DNA from: an archaeon
GTDB lineage: Archaea; Nanobdellota; Nanobdellia; Woesearchaeales; UBA9642
NCBI GenBank assembly: GCA_043806035.1
Contig: JAZDHK010000027.1
Coordinates: forward strand, 1 to 39,882
Direction of reading: 5' to 3'
DNA: 39,882 nt
A model generated the notes under the pieces. That model was not told the DNA's origin. It made no database searches and worked only from the letters and a program-made list of their open reading frames with translations. Positions 25,683-35,034 of the stretch are shown in pieces (the first letter of the stretch is position 1; each line of letters starts with the position of its first letter). The position numbers were made by a program, and so were the translations under genes.

Positions 25683-25964
25683 ATGCCACGACCGCAATTC
25701 CAGCAACGCTGCATCCGGTGCAGGAAGAACATGGTGCTTGTCACCGCCCGCGACAGGTTCCCTCTCTGTTATGACTGCCAGAAGCCAGAACTGCAGGGAG
25801 ACATCAAAGATCCTGCCATGAAAGCGCTTTTCGACATTCCCGAAGAACTCTACATGAAGAGCATATTCCTCAGGGACATCAAACGGCAATATCTACGATT
25901 TGGGAAGCTTTCCGAAAAACAAGTTGCTGCGTTCAAGAAAACCGTGGACAAGATGCAGACTTAG
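25683..25964 (+). CDS. Small zinc-finger protein
   Basis: CIRC...CYDC, LSEKQ; TATA box near 25653. Confidence 0.75.
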   Translation: MPRPQFQQRCIRCRKNMVLVTARDRFPLCYDCQKPELQGDIKDPAMKALFDIPEELYMKSIFLRDIKRQYLRFGKLSEKQVAAFKKTVDKMQT

Positions 25965-26070
25965 TTTTTCCTGGCGACGTCTCGCATCGTGGACTGCTGC
26001 AATTGCAAGTCATTTGCGATTTCTTGTGCAAAAGACAAACCTTAATAAATTCGCAAAACCTAAACCTGTC

Positions 26071-26577
26071 GTGTACGTCGTATTGTATGTGGCAATGACA
26101 GTAAATGGTTATATTGCTAAGGAGAATAATAAGACCCCTTGGTCGAATGAGGAATGGTCAAGTTTCTCTACCTTCGTCAAAGAGACAAAAAATATCGTCA
26201 TCGGTAAAAATACCTACACTATTATGAAAAAAAGTGGCGAATTTGGTAAAATAGGAAATCCATTTACCGTCGTGGTTTCAAAAGAAAATTTTGCTCAAAA
26301 TTCTAATTTTGCTGCTGCTAAATCGCCAAAAGAAGCTCTGAAAATACTAAAAGAAAAGAACTTTGCCAAAGCCCTTGTTGCTGGTGGCGGAATGCTCAAC
26401 TCATCTTTTATGAAAGAAAATCTTATTGATGAAATTTATCTTGATGTTGAGCCTTTGGTCTTTGGCAAGGGAATAAAACTATTTTTGGATACTGATTTTG
26501 ACGCTGCACTAGAATTACTAGGAACTAAAAACCTATCTCAGAATACCATTCAGTTACATTATCGCGTTCTTAAGTAG
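26071..26577 (+). CDS. Dihydrofolate reductase/RibD C-terminal domain family protein
   Basis: VVLYVAMTVNGYIA, IVIGKNTY, VAGGG, LIDEIYLDVEPLVFGKGIKLF. GTG start inferred. Confidence 0.88.
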   Translation: MYVVLYVAMTVNGYIAKENNKTPWSNEEWSSFSTFVKETKNIVIGKNTYTIMKKSGEFGKIGNPFTVVVSKENFAQNSNFAAAKSPKEALKILKEKNFAKALVAGGGMLNSSFMKENLIDEIYLDVEPLVFGKGIKLFLDTDFDAALELLGTKNLSQNTIQLHYRVLK

Positions 26578-26615
26578 CTTTCTTCGTCAGACGAGTTGGA
26601 TTTTTTACAAAGATA

Positions 26616-27161
26616 CTACTCCTTCCACTTAATACTGCAGCCCAGTGCGTTCGTGATGGGCGTGAGAACGGGCTTGCCTGCCAGCAACGCAACGATGGCA
26701 TCATTAAGTTCGTGCTGTGTCACGGCTTTCTCGTCCTTCCAATTATTGTCGCACCGTCCCTGATAGCGCAACTTTCGCTCTTTGTCGAACACGAAGAAAT
26801 GCGGTGTGCACTCCCCACCATACATTTTTGCGACGGCTTGCATTGCATCTCGCAGATACATGAAGTTGTACTGCAGCGCTGCCGCACGCTCTTTCATCTG
26901 CGCAAACCCATCTTCAGGATACTTCTCGTCGTCGTTGCTATTGATGGCGATGAAATCGACCTTGGCAGAGAACTCCTTCTGCAAACGCATAACTCGTTGC
27001 TCATACGCTTGCGCATAGGGGCAGTGGTTGCAGCTGAAAAAAATCACGAGCAGCTCTTTCCTGAAATCAGCAAGCGAGTGCTGCTTCCCGTCCGTGCCAG
27101 GCAACGAAAATGCCTTCGCCTTCTCTCCCAATTTCATCGCATACTTTCCTACGCTTTCCAT
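26616..27161 (-). CDS. Thioredoxin/AhpC-TSA family redoxin
   Basis: FSLPGTDGK, CNHCPY, TPHFFVFD, GCSIKW. Confidence 0.92.
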   Translation of the reverse strand: MESVGKYAMKLGEKAKAFSLPGTDGKQHSLADFRKELLVIFFSCNHCPYAQAYEQRVMRLQKEFSAKVDFIAINSNDDEKYPEDGFAQMKERAAALQYNFMYLRDAMQAVAKMYGGECTPHFFVFDKERKLRYQGRCDNNWKDEKAVTQHELNDAIVALLAGKPVLTPITNALGCSIKWKE

Positions 27162-27733
27162 GCTGCACCTCTCTTGAGCTCATCAAACGTCGTAAGTGCG
27201 TAGAGGGGGATGTTCTTCTCTTGCAAGTATGCATCCAGCTTTTTTCTTCTGCCAGGTTGTGTCCTGTCGGTGAGGACGAGCACGTATGCAGGACTCAGTC
27301 GATGCAGATGCTGCACGAGTGTCTCGCCAGTAGTGATTACATCCTCGAGGACGAGAATTCTTTTGTTCGGAACGCCAAGAAAGAAGCGGTCCTCTGGCAT
27401 GCCATGCTTCTTCACTGCACCTCTACCCATGGCAAGCACATGACTGTACTTTCCGTAGTTGGATGCGTCCTTAGCAAGCAGGTATTGCAAGAGAATTGCA
27501 GGCTTGGTCATGCTTTCCGGAACGCCATATACGCAGTCAGGAGTGATGTGCCGGTCCTGCAGGTATGCGCGTACGTACGTCAGGAGCTGTTCGGTGAGAA
27601 ACACATCCTCTGTTATTTTGCGCCAGTTCACATACCAACAGCTTCGCTCTCCTGATGCAAGGCGAACGTTCTTTCCATACGTGAGTATGCGACTATGCAG
27701 GCCAAACTGGATGAATGCATCCTTATCAAACAC
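27149..27733 (-). CDS. Orotate phosphoribosyltransferase-like type I PRTase
   Basis: LASGERSCWYVNWR, KKHG, ILVLEDVITTGETL PRPP loop. Confidence 0.8.
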   Translation of the reverse strand: MFDKDAFIQFGLHSRILTYGKNVRLASGERSCWYVNWRKITEDVFLTEQLLTYVRAYLQDRHITPDCVYGVPESMTKPAILLQYLLAKDASNYGKYSHVLAMGRGAVKKHGMPEDRFFLGVPNKRILVLEDVITTGETLVQHLHRLSPAYVLVLTDRTQPGRRKKLDAYLQEKNIPLYALTTFDELKRGAAWKA

Positions 27734-28766
27734 GGGTCATCACCAATTTCGTGGGAAGCAGGTAGTCATCGGTATGAACGTCTTTTCCCTCAGCGGTGAG
27801 CTTGTGCCACTGCTCGAAATCAATCCACGTATGCCATCTTCCATCTCTAAAAAACGTCTTTTTTGCGAGCAGGACGACCCGACTCGGCTTGTGCTCTGCT
27901 ACCAGTGCATAGTCGGGGAGCTGTTTGAGAAGCTCTGCCGAAAATGCACGTATTTCCTCGTGGAAGGGCATGTTCTCCAAGGACAGCCGTTGCCTGCTCG
28001 CTCCGATGAACATGTAGCTCTTTATCTCGACAAAATCAGGCATGGCTTTGTGGATGAGCTCTGCATACTCTTCAGGATGGATCATGTTCATATGCTTAAT
28101 CATCGTCAATCGTACGCACGTGCGGTGTTTCTTCTCCTTCGTGTACGCCAGGCTCTGCAGGCATCGCTCCCAATAATCGCTGAACAAGGGAATGTCTATC
28201 TTTTTCAGCATGGTCTTGTTCGGCGCATCGATGGACAAGTAGAGCTGCGTCACGGGCTTAAGCTGCTTTATCCGTTCTGGATATTGCGCATTCGTGACGA
28301 GGAATGTTGAGATATGCTCGGCATTGCACCTTTCCAAGAAATCATTCAGCAAAGGATACATGATGGGCTCTCCCGTTAATGAAAGTGCGACGTGCTGCAC
28401 GGTCTTGCTTGCAGCATACTGTTCAGGAAGGGTCTTCTTGTTCCCCTTGATGCCGACCAGGAGCTGGTGGTGCGCCTTCTTGCTCTCCTCAAGGATGATG
28501 TGAGGATCGTCCACCGGCCAAATCCATTCCTTCGCGACAGGCGCATTATAGCTTCTCCAGCAGAACACACACCTATTCGCGCAAGACAGAGACGTTGTCA
28601 TTTGCATGCACTGTGCCGAGACGATGCCATAGAATTTCCACTTGTAGCACGCACCTTCTCCTTTGATGTGTTTCTTCGTCCACCCACACACTTTGACTGC
28701 GCTGTGGCTGCCGACGAGACGATAGTGCTGGTCTTCCAATGCATCTTTTGCCCGCTGCTCAAGCAT
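27726..28766 (-). CDS. taw1: tRNA 4-demethylwyosine synthase (radical SAM, TYW1/Taw1)
   Basis: HSAVKVCGWT, CYKWKFYGI, CANRCVFCWR, ALSLTGEP, TQLYLSIDA, FVEIKSYMFIGASR. Start set at MLEQRAK. Confidence 0.95.
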   Translation of the reverse strand: MLEQRAKDALEDQHYRLVGSHSAVKVCGWTKKHIKGEGACYKWKFYGIVSAQCMQMTTSLSCANRCVFCWRSYNAPVAKEWIWPVDDPHIILEESKKAHHQLLVGIKGNKKTLPEQYAASKTVQHVALSLTGEPIMYPLLNDFLERCNAEHISTFLVTNAQYPERIKQLKPVTQLYLSIDAPNKTMLKKIDIPLFSDYWERCLQSLAYTKEKKHRTCVRLTMIKHMNMIHPEEYAELIHKAMPDFVEIKSYMFIGASRQRLSLENMPFHEEIRAFSAELLKQLPDYALVAEHKPSRVVLLAKKTFFRDGRWHTWIDFEQWHKLTAEGKDVHTDDYLLPTKLVMTRV

Positions 28767-30348
28767 TCCGGTCACTCCATGCCTGATATTTCTGCATGAA
28801 CTCAATCCAGTCAATGCTCACCTTCCCCCTGTCATTGACCATGCCATACGCTTTCTTGACGGCATCAACGTCACGCCCGTGCTCAAGATCGAGGAACATG
28901 CGCAGTTCCGTGTCTGTAAAGTGGACGCTCTCTCGCCCATACTCCCTGAACGCATCCATGATTAGAGGAGAGAATTGTTGCATGACTCCCTCGACGGCGC
29001 GTGCATATTCTTGTATTTCCCATTGCGCATGGCTGTCCAGGCGCAAGGACAGGAAGTGCAGCCAATTCTTCATGTCACCCGTCCGGTAATTGTACGTGTA
29101 GAATGCGACACCTTTGAGTTTTCTCAATTCATCCTCTGACTTTCTTTCCTTTCGTAATGCATCGACAATGGCGAGGGTTTGTTCACAGCTGTCTTGTAAT
29201 CGCTCCTGCACGGGCAGCGCATTGTCGAGTCCTCTGTCCCTTCCCTGCCTGTTCGTCATCGACTGCTTGCGCAACTGCTCCTCTGCAGGTACGTAATAGT
29301 CCCTGCCGACAAACTGCTTTTCCATGAAACAGCAATACTCGAGCGTTCTGTGCCGTCCTGCCTGGCGCGGGTCAACAAAAAGCGGTGTTTTGCTCTCGAC
29401 GGCAAGCTCGTTATGCTCAAAGGGACTTGTGTGCCTGTGCCTGTACAAGTATCTAATGAGATTCTTGTCATCTGACGCTTTTTTTGTGCCGCGACCATAG
29501 CTCATGCGTGCAGCCTCTGCAGGGCCAACGTCACTGCCCAGGTACTCCACCGCCTGTATTGCTCCCTTGTCGAGATACTGCTGGGGTAGGTAGAGCACGT
29601 TTTCGAGAGCGGGAACGACTTGTCTGCGTGTTTGCTGTGCAGACCATGCTGCAGGACGTAATGGTGCGTCGATGATGCTATCCTCAGGATACGTCAGCAT
29701 CATGTTTTTTCCTTCGCTGAGCAGTGCGGCGGTCGCTTCAGGAGCGACACGTCGTGCAAGATGCTCAAAATGCTGCAGGTAAACGGGAATTTTTCCTTGC
29801 GCGCGTTTTTGCTTGATGAACGACGTGAGGTTATACAGGTCCATCTTCCAGAAGAACATGGTGTCATTCATCGTGCCTACGGGCAGGCGTGCGAGCTCTC
29901 GTGCCAAGTCAACATCTTCGCTGACGAACCATTCGTACGTGTCGTCCTGTATCTTCTTGATCGATGCGATGTGCGGAAGAAGATTCTTGGGAACGTGTGC
30001 GGTCTTGAGGAGCAGACTGTACCGTCCCGAATACTCATTCACGCTACCCGTTCGCTCATAGACCATCTCCAACGCGTCCTCGATGCTCGATTGGATGTGG
30101 AACTTGAGCTGCGTAGACTGGAATGGTGTGCGGATGGCTTTTGCCTGCAAGTGTGCGAAGAACTCTTGAGAAGAAGGGTGTTCGGGGAAGATGTCTCGTC
30201 CGTATCCTGCAGTCGCCACTCGTTCAATCAGCGCATCGCCACCCATGTAATCGATAAGCTTCACGAATCCGGACGTGTGCGTCCTATATTCGGTGAAGAG
30301 TGCATCTTCGGCTGCTGCGACAGTTAATCTTTTTGTGAGGTCGTTCAT
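28759..30348 (-). CDS. thyX: FAD-dependent thymidylate synthase, tandem two-domain form
   Basis: Two Thy1 repeats: SVNEYSGRY and RELAR in repeat 1; AARMSYG, HTSPFEH, RHR and HFLSLRLDSHAQWEI in repeat 2. Confidence 0.9.
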   Translation of the reverse strand: MNDLTKRLTVAAAEDALFTEYRTHTSGFVKLIDYMGGDALIERVATAGYGRDIFPEHPSSQEFFAHLQAKAIRTPFQSTQLKFHIQSSIEDALEMVYERTGSVNEYSGRYSLLLKTAHVPKNLLPHIASIKKIQDDTYEWFVSEDVDLARELARLPVGTMNDTMFFWKMDLYNLTSFIKQKRAQGKIPVYLQHFEHLARRVAPEATAALLSEGKNMMLTYPEDSIIDAPLRPAAWSAQQTRRQVVPALENVLYLPQQYLDKGAIQAVEYLGSDVGPAEAARMSYGRGTKKASDDKNLIRYLYRHRHTSPFEHNELAVESKTPLFVDPRQAGRHRTLEYCCFMEKQFVGRDYYVPAEEQLRKQSMTNRQGRDRGLDNALPVQERLQDSCEQTLAIVDALRKERKSEDELRKLKGVAFYTYNYRTGDMKNWLHFLSLRLDSHAQWEIQEYARAVEGVMQQFSPLIMDAFREYGRESVHFTDTELRMFLDLEHGRDVDAVKKAYGMVNDRGKVSIDWIEFMQKYQAWSDRNA

Positions 30349-30393
30349 GATGGAGCCCGACTCCTTGTAGTGCTTATAAGCATTATGTACATT

Positions 30394-30957
30394 TTAGGTG
30401 AGCAAGCGTTGCAGTTCTCCCTCAAGTTGGGAAAGTTTGACGTTCTTGCCGTTCACGAAGAACGAAGGCGTCTCCGTTATGCCTAGCTTGATGCCTGACC
30501 GCACATTCTCATCGACGACCGCTTGCTTCGTTGCCGAGGACAGGCAGGCAGAGAATGCTTGCTCAGGAATGCCCAACAAAATGGCATGTGCCTTGAGCGC
30601 AGTCCCGTCAAGGTCAGGATTCGTGAATGCCCGTTCCAAGAATGCATAGTATTGCCCGTAATCATTCGCGCATTCTGCAGCGATAGCTGCCTTGTACGAA
30701 TGCCGGTGCTGCGACAATGGAAAGTGTTTGTACTCGAAACTGATGCTGTCATTGTACTTGTCGAGCAGCACGTGCATCGTCGCATATGCCTGCCTGCATG
30801 CAGGGCATTCCATGTCGGAATACTCGATGACATGCACTGAAGCGTTCACGTTGCCGAGCACGGGATGCGGTGTCACTATGTCAGGATAGCTCGCACACGC
30901 AGTAAGCAGCACGAGCAGAACACCTGTAAGTAGGACACGTCCACCCAACACGCTCAT
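30394..30957 (-). CDS. DsbA/BdbD-type thioredoxin-fold protein
   Basis: VIEYSDMECPAC, YKHFPL, AAECA, GITETPSFFVNG; N-terminal signal/lipobox-like LLTAC. Confidence 0.9.
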   Translation of the reverse strand: MSVLGGRVLLTGVLLVLLTACASYPDIVTPHPVLGNVNASVHVIEYSDMECPACRQAYATMHVLLDKYNDSISFEYKHFPLSQHRHSYKAAIAAECANDYGQYYAFLERAFTNPDLDGTALKAHAILLGIPEQAFSACLSSATKQAVVDENVRSGIKLGITETPSFFVNGKNVKLSQLEGELQRLLT

Positions 30958-31012
30958 GCAACAGGAAAACACAACCTATTTTATAAATGTAGCGTAGGCG
31001 TGTTCTACAGTC

Positions 31013-31147
31013 GGCTTCATCCTGAGAGTCTCGTTCATCCCCGAGCGAAGCAACCCGAAAACGAGGCTATTGCGTGAAGACTCGTATGCGTGCATCTGTT
31101 TACAATGCTATGCGGAGCGGGATGCGAAAGAGATTTAGGATGGAGTC
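31013..31147 (+). ncRNA. Unidentified structured RNA candidate (or MITE-like element)
   Basis: 13-bp terminal helix 31013-31025/31135-31147 with 3 G-U pairs, plus nested helices GTCTC/GAGAT, CATCCC/GGGATG, CGAG/CTCG and GCAA/TTGC. TATA box at about 30980-30987. Confidence 0.55.
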
Positions 31148-31192
31148 TCTACAGCCATAACCTTTTTAAATCGCTCTTGCCCAGGCAATACC

Positions 31193-31573
31193 ATGGTTGC
31201 CATACCTGGCTGGGCATACATCGGGATAGGTTGCTTCATCGGCATCTATTCCTTTATCGTCTCGCGTATCAATCCTGTGCATGCAAATGTCATGCATTTC
31301 TTCCTCATCGTCGGCATCCTGCTTGTTGTCGTCGGCATTGCCAAGCTCGTGTTCACGAAAGAAGAGCAGGCCATGCACCAGCACCGCCAGGCGATACAAC
31401 AACACCCTACACATCACCTACAGCAACACGTTCAGCAGCAAGGATATTCGCAGTCATCTGTGCAGCAAACAACGCATCATCCACTCTATAGAGAGCAATT
31501 CACGAGCTATGTGCAGCATGCTCAACCGCACGCAACAGCGCACCACCAACAGCCTCCGAGGAAGCATCCATGA
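31193..31573 (+). CDS. Membrane protein with His/Gln-rich C-terminal tail
   Basis: Two TM helices then a low-complexity H/Q tail. Stop overlaps the next ATG (ATGA). Confidence 0.75.
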   Translation: MVAIPGWAYIGIGCFIGIYSFIVSRINPVHANVMHFFLIVGILLVVVGIAKLVFTKEEQAMHQHRQAIQQHPTHHLQQHVQQQGYSQSSVQQTTHHPLYREQFTSYVQHAQPHATAHHQQPPRKHP

Positions 31574-32370
31574 ACATTTTTGACGCTATTGACGGGAGAA
31601 GGAGCATCAGGAGCTTTCTCGTCAGACCTGTCGAGTTCGACAAGATATCTGCAATCATCGAGGCAGGAACGCTTGCACCCAGTGCAGGCAACCTGCAGGA
31701 CTGGAAATTCATCATCGTCTCAGAGAAAGAGGTCATCACGAAGATAGCAGAGTCGGCATTAGGCCAGTACTGGATAGCCAAAGCACCTGTCCTTGTCGTC
31801 GTCTGCGGCATGCTCAGCAGGCAAGAAAAATATTATGGTGACAAAGGAAGGAACGTGTACTGTGCGCAGGACTGTGCAGCAGCGATAGAGAACATGCTAC
31901 TGACTGCGCATGCCCTCGGTCTTGGCAGCTGCTGGGTAGGCGGGTTTGACGAGCACAATCTGCGCCATTATCTGGACATTCCCAACAGTGCGCAACCGTA
32001 TGCCATCCTTCCCTTAGGCTATCCTGATGAGGGACCTGAAGAGCGGCACCTCTCTCCACTCACGGATCATGTCTTCTTCAACAAGTATGGCAGGAAGGTG
32101 GAGCACATACACCGTGTCCTGCACGACTGGAGCGTCGAATGGGAGCGACAGGCGAAAAAAGCGGAGCCTATCGCAAAAACGCAGATGCAGCGCATCTCCA
32201 TAGGCGTCAAGAAAGCGAAAGCAGCACTTGATACATATCTCCGGAAAGCGAAAGAAAAGAAAAAACTTCCGCCCGTGCACCATCCGAAGAAGCCGTTGCT
32301 CAAACGACGAAAGCCAGGCATACGTCACAAGCAATTACGAGAATTTGATTTCGACTATTACAAAAAGTGA
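31570..32370 (+). CDS. Nitroreductase family protein with basic C-terminal extension
   Basis: RRSIRSF, APSAGNLQDWKF, ENMLLTAHALGLGSCWVG, LGYP. Confidence 0.93.
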   Translation: MNIFDAIDGRRSIRSFLVRPVEFDKISAIIEAGTLAPSAGNLQDWKFIIVSEKEVITKIAESALGQYWIAKAPVLVVVCGMLSRQEKYYGDKGRNVYCAQDCAAAIENMLLTAHALGLGSCWVGGFDEHNLRHYLDIPNSAQPYAILPLGYPDEGPEERHLSPLTDHVFFNKYGRKVEHIHRVLHDWSVEWERQAKKAEPIAKTQMQRISIGVKKAKAALDTYLRKAKEKKKLPPVHHPKKPLLKRRKPGIRHKQLREFDFDYYKK

Positions 32371-32459
32371 TGTTCAGTTCTAACTAGCGGTGTGTGCTGT
32401 CAGGCAATAGTTGTGTCTCTTAGCAATGCATTTAAAGAAGAGCACATCCCTTGCTGCTG

Positions 32460-34349
32460 ATGGCTTCTCCCTTCGCGTACGACAAGATACGGCCCATGCA
32501 GGACATCCTCCTCTCGAAGATAGAGCAGGCACTGCAGCAGCGCAAAAGCCTCATCGCGCACGCCCCGACAGGATTAGGGAAGACTGCTGCAGCATTAAGT
32601 CCAGCAGTGCCGTACGCAAAAGAGAACAACCTCGCCATCTTCTTCCTCACGAGCAGGCACACACAGCACGCCATCGTCATCGAAACCCTCAAAGAGCTCG
32701 AGGACAAGGGCGTGCAGGTGCAAGCAGCAAGCATCATCGGCAAAAAGCACTTCTGCCTGCAACCAGGTATAGACACCTTGCGCAGCAGGGATTTCCACGA
32801 ATTCTGCAAGGCGATGATCACGGATAAAAAATGTGAGTTCTATGAGAGTGTCCGCAAAGAAGAATCATTGAGCGCCAGCACAAAGCTCGTCCTGCACCAG
32901 CTCAAAGGCATCAGCACGACGGAAGACGTCCTGCGCGAGGCGAAACAGTACGCCCTCTGCCCGTACGAAATTGCCCTGCTGCACGCCAAGCAAGCCAACG
33001 TAATCATTTGCGACTACAGCTACCTCTTCAACCCGAGCATCAGGCAGGCATTCCTCAAAAAGATAGGCAAAGAACTGCACGAAAGTATCATCATTGTTGA
33101 TGAGGCGCACAATCTCCCTGAGCGAGTGAAGGATGCGGAAAGCGATGTTCTCTCTAGTATCATCATTGCAAGAGCGCTCAACGAAGCACGGAAGTTCAAG
33201 CACGAAAAACTCGTTCCTGTATTGCAGAGTTTGCAAGACCTTTTCGAAAAGTATGCGTTGCGCACAGGAACACGGACGCTTGATGCGTTCGAGGAAAAGA
33301 CGGACGTGCGCTCCAACGAATGCTACATAACGAAGGACGAATTCTTTATCGACGTCGATAGGATCTACGCGTATGACGACCTTCTTGAACTGATGCACAC
33401 CATCGCCGACAGTATTAGAGAGGCGCAGAAAGTATCCTACATCGGTGCCGTCGCCGGATTCTTGAGTTTCTGGCAAGGCGATGATGAAGGGCACACCCGG
33501 ATTTTTTCCGTGCACGAAACTCCTGTAGGCAAGATGTTGCTGCTCCACTACCGCTGCCTCGACCCCGGCCTCGTCACAAAAGCCGTCTTTTCGCAGGCGC
33601 ACGCAAGCATTCTCATGTCGGGAACGCTGACGCCGACGTCCATGTATAAAGAGCTCCTCGGCATCGATGATGCGATAGAACTGACGCTCGAAAGCCCCTT
33701 CCCTCAGCAGAACCAGTGCAACATCATCATTCCGCACACGACAACAAAATTCTCCGTGCGCAGCCAGGAACAATATGCGAACATAGCACACGTCGCGGCA
33801 AAAGCGACGAACGCCATTCCAGGAAATGTGGCATTGTTCTTTCCCAGCTACTTCCTCCTCGAGAAAATCTATGAGGTGTTCGGCACGCTCACGAACAAGA
33901 CCTGCTTTGTCGAGAAGCCCCTCATGACCAAGACGGAGAAAGCCGACTTCTTGGAGCGGTTCAAGCAGTACAAGGATACGGGAGCGGCGCTTCTTGGTGT
34001 GATTACTGGCTCTTTCGGTGAAGGCATCGACCTTCCTGGAGATTTCCTCAAGGGCGTCATCGTCATCGGCCTGCCCTTGCAGAAGCCGACGCTGGAGACG
34101 AAAGCGCTCATCGCCTATTATGACGAGAAGTTCGGCAAAGGCTGGGAGTATGGCTATGTCTATCCAGCATTCAACAAAACCCTGCAGAGTGCAGGGCGGT
34201 GCATCCGTTCAGAGCAGGACAAGGGCGTCATCGTCTTCCTCGATGAGAGATACGCCTGGCCGCAATACTTCAAGCTCTTCCCCAAAGACAAGCAGCTCAA
34301 AGTGACCATGCTCTACGAGAAGATGATCAGGGAGTTCTTCCGACCGTAG
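32460..34349 (+). CDS. XPD/Rad3-type Fe-S ATP-dependent DNA helicase
   Basis: APTGLGKT, four Cys of the Fe-S domain (FCL, FCK, KCEF, CPYE), DEAH, MSGTL, FFPSY, EGID, QSAGRCIR. Confidence 0.93.
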   Translation: MASPFAYDKIRPMQDILLSKIEQALQQRKSLIAHAPTGLGKTAAALSPAVPYAKENNLAIFFLTSRHTQHAIVIETLKELEDKGVQVQAASIIGKKHFCLQPGIDTLRSRDFHEFCKAMITDKKCEFYESVRKEESLSASTKLVLHQLKGISTTEDVLREAKQYALCPYEIALLHAKQANVIICDYSYLFNPSIRQAFLKKIGKELHESIIIVDEAHNLPERVKDAESDVLSSIIIARALNEARKFKHEKLVPVLQSLQDLFEKYALRTGTRTLDAFEEKTDVRSNECYITKDEFFIDVDRIYAYDDLLELMHTIADSIREAQKVSYIGAVAGFLSFWQGDDEGHTRIFSVHETPVGKMLLLHYRCLDPGLVTKAVFSQAHASILMSGTLTPTSMYKELLGIDDAIELTLESPFPQQNQCNIIIPHTTTKFSVRSQEQYANIAHVAAKATNAIPGNVALFFPSYFLLEKIYEVFGTLTNKTCFVEKPLMTKTEKADFLERFKQYKDTGAALLGVITGSFGEGIDLPGDFLKGVIVIGLPLQKPTLETKALIAYYDEKFGKGWEYGYVYPAFNKTLQSAGRCIRSEQDKGVIVFLDERYAWPQYFKLFPKDKQLKVTMLYEKMIREFFRP

Positions 34350-34383
34350 CAACATTTTTAAATATCAAGAGTGGCATGCACTC

Positions 34384-34983
34384 GTGGCTCGCATCTGCGT
34401 CTTCGGCAGCTCAACGGTAAGCGATGAGTACTTTCTTGGCTTCGACTGCTGGGTGAGCAAATTACGAGAATTCGTTGGAGATATGTCTGTGTTCAATCTC
34501 GGCATAAGCGGCGATGACATGGTGAAACTGCTCGAACGCATGGATGGGGAGTGCACGGCGAGAAATCCCGACATCATCATCATCCGCAACGGCAGCAACG
34601 ACGCAAAACTCGTCGATGACAAGCCTGCCTGTTCTCTCGAGACGTTCAAAGAGAATATGCGTAAGGCAATCACGATTGCAGAACAGTACACAGAAGAAGT
34701 ATTCATTGTGGGCAACCATCCCGTCAATGAAGCAAAGACGAATCCTGCCGTGTGGGATGTGCACGAGCGCTGGACGAACGACAATCTTAGAGCATTCAAT
34801 GAGGCCATGCGCACAATCTGTGCAGAAGAAGACCTCATCTTCATCGACGTCTTTGACGAATGGAGCAGGCAGGACTATCAGCATCTGCTCGACGATGAGG
34901 ATGGCCTGCATCTGAGCGAGCAAGGACATCAGCTGCTCTTCGACATCATCAAGGCCGCGCTTGCGGAGCAAAAACTCATATAA
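34384..34983 (+). CDS. SGNH/GDSL hydrolase
   Basis: FGSS, NLGISGD, GSND, DGLHLS..GH. Confidence 0.9.
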   Translation: MARICVFGSSTVSDEYFLGFDCWVSKLREFVGDMSVFNLGISGDDMVKLLERMDGECTARNPDIIIIRNGSNDAKLVDDKPACSLETFKENMRKAITIAEQYTEEVFIVGNHPVNEAKTNPAVWDVHERWTNDNLRAFNEAMRTICAEEDLIFIDVFDEWSRQDYQHLLDDEDGLHLSEQGHQLLFDIIKAALAEQKLI

Positions 34984-35034
34984 CCCTGCATGAAGCAACA
35001 AGGTATTTAAACCAGTGCTTCTGCACGCTCTACC

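Noticed and set aside
30985-31030. TPP-riboswitch-like words (AGCGTAGG, CTGAGA)
   Set aside because: They occur in the wrong order and the aptamer helices are missing.
31013-31147. 5S rRNA, SRP RNA, RNase P RNA or tRNA identity for the structured element
   Set aside because: I could not find loop C CCGAAC, the SRP helix-8 motif, GAGGAAAGUCC, or a cloverleaf.
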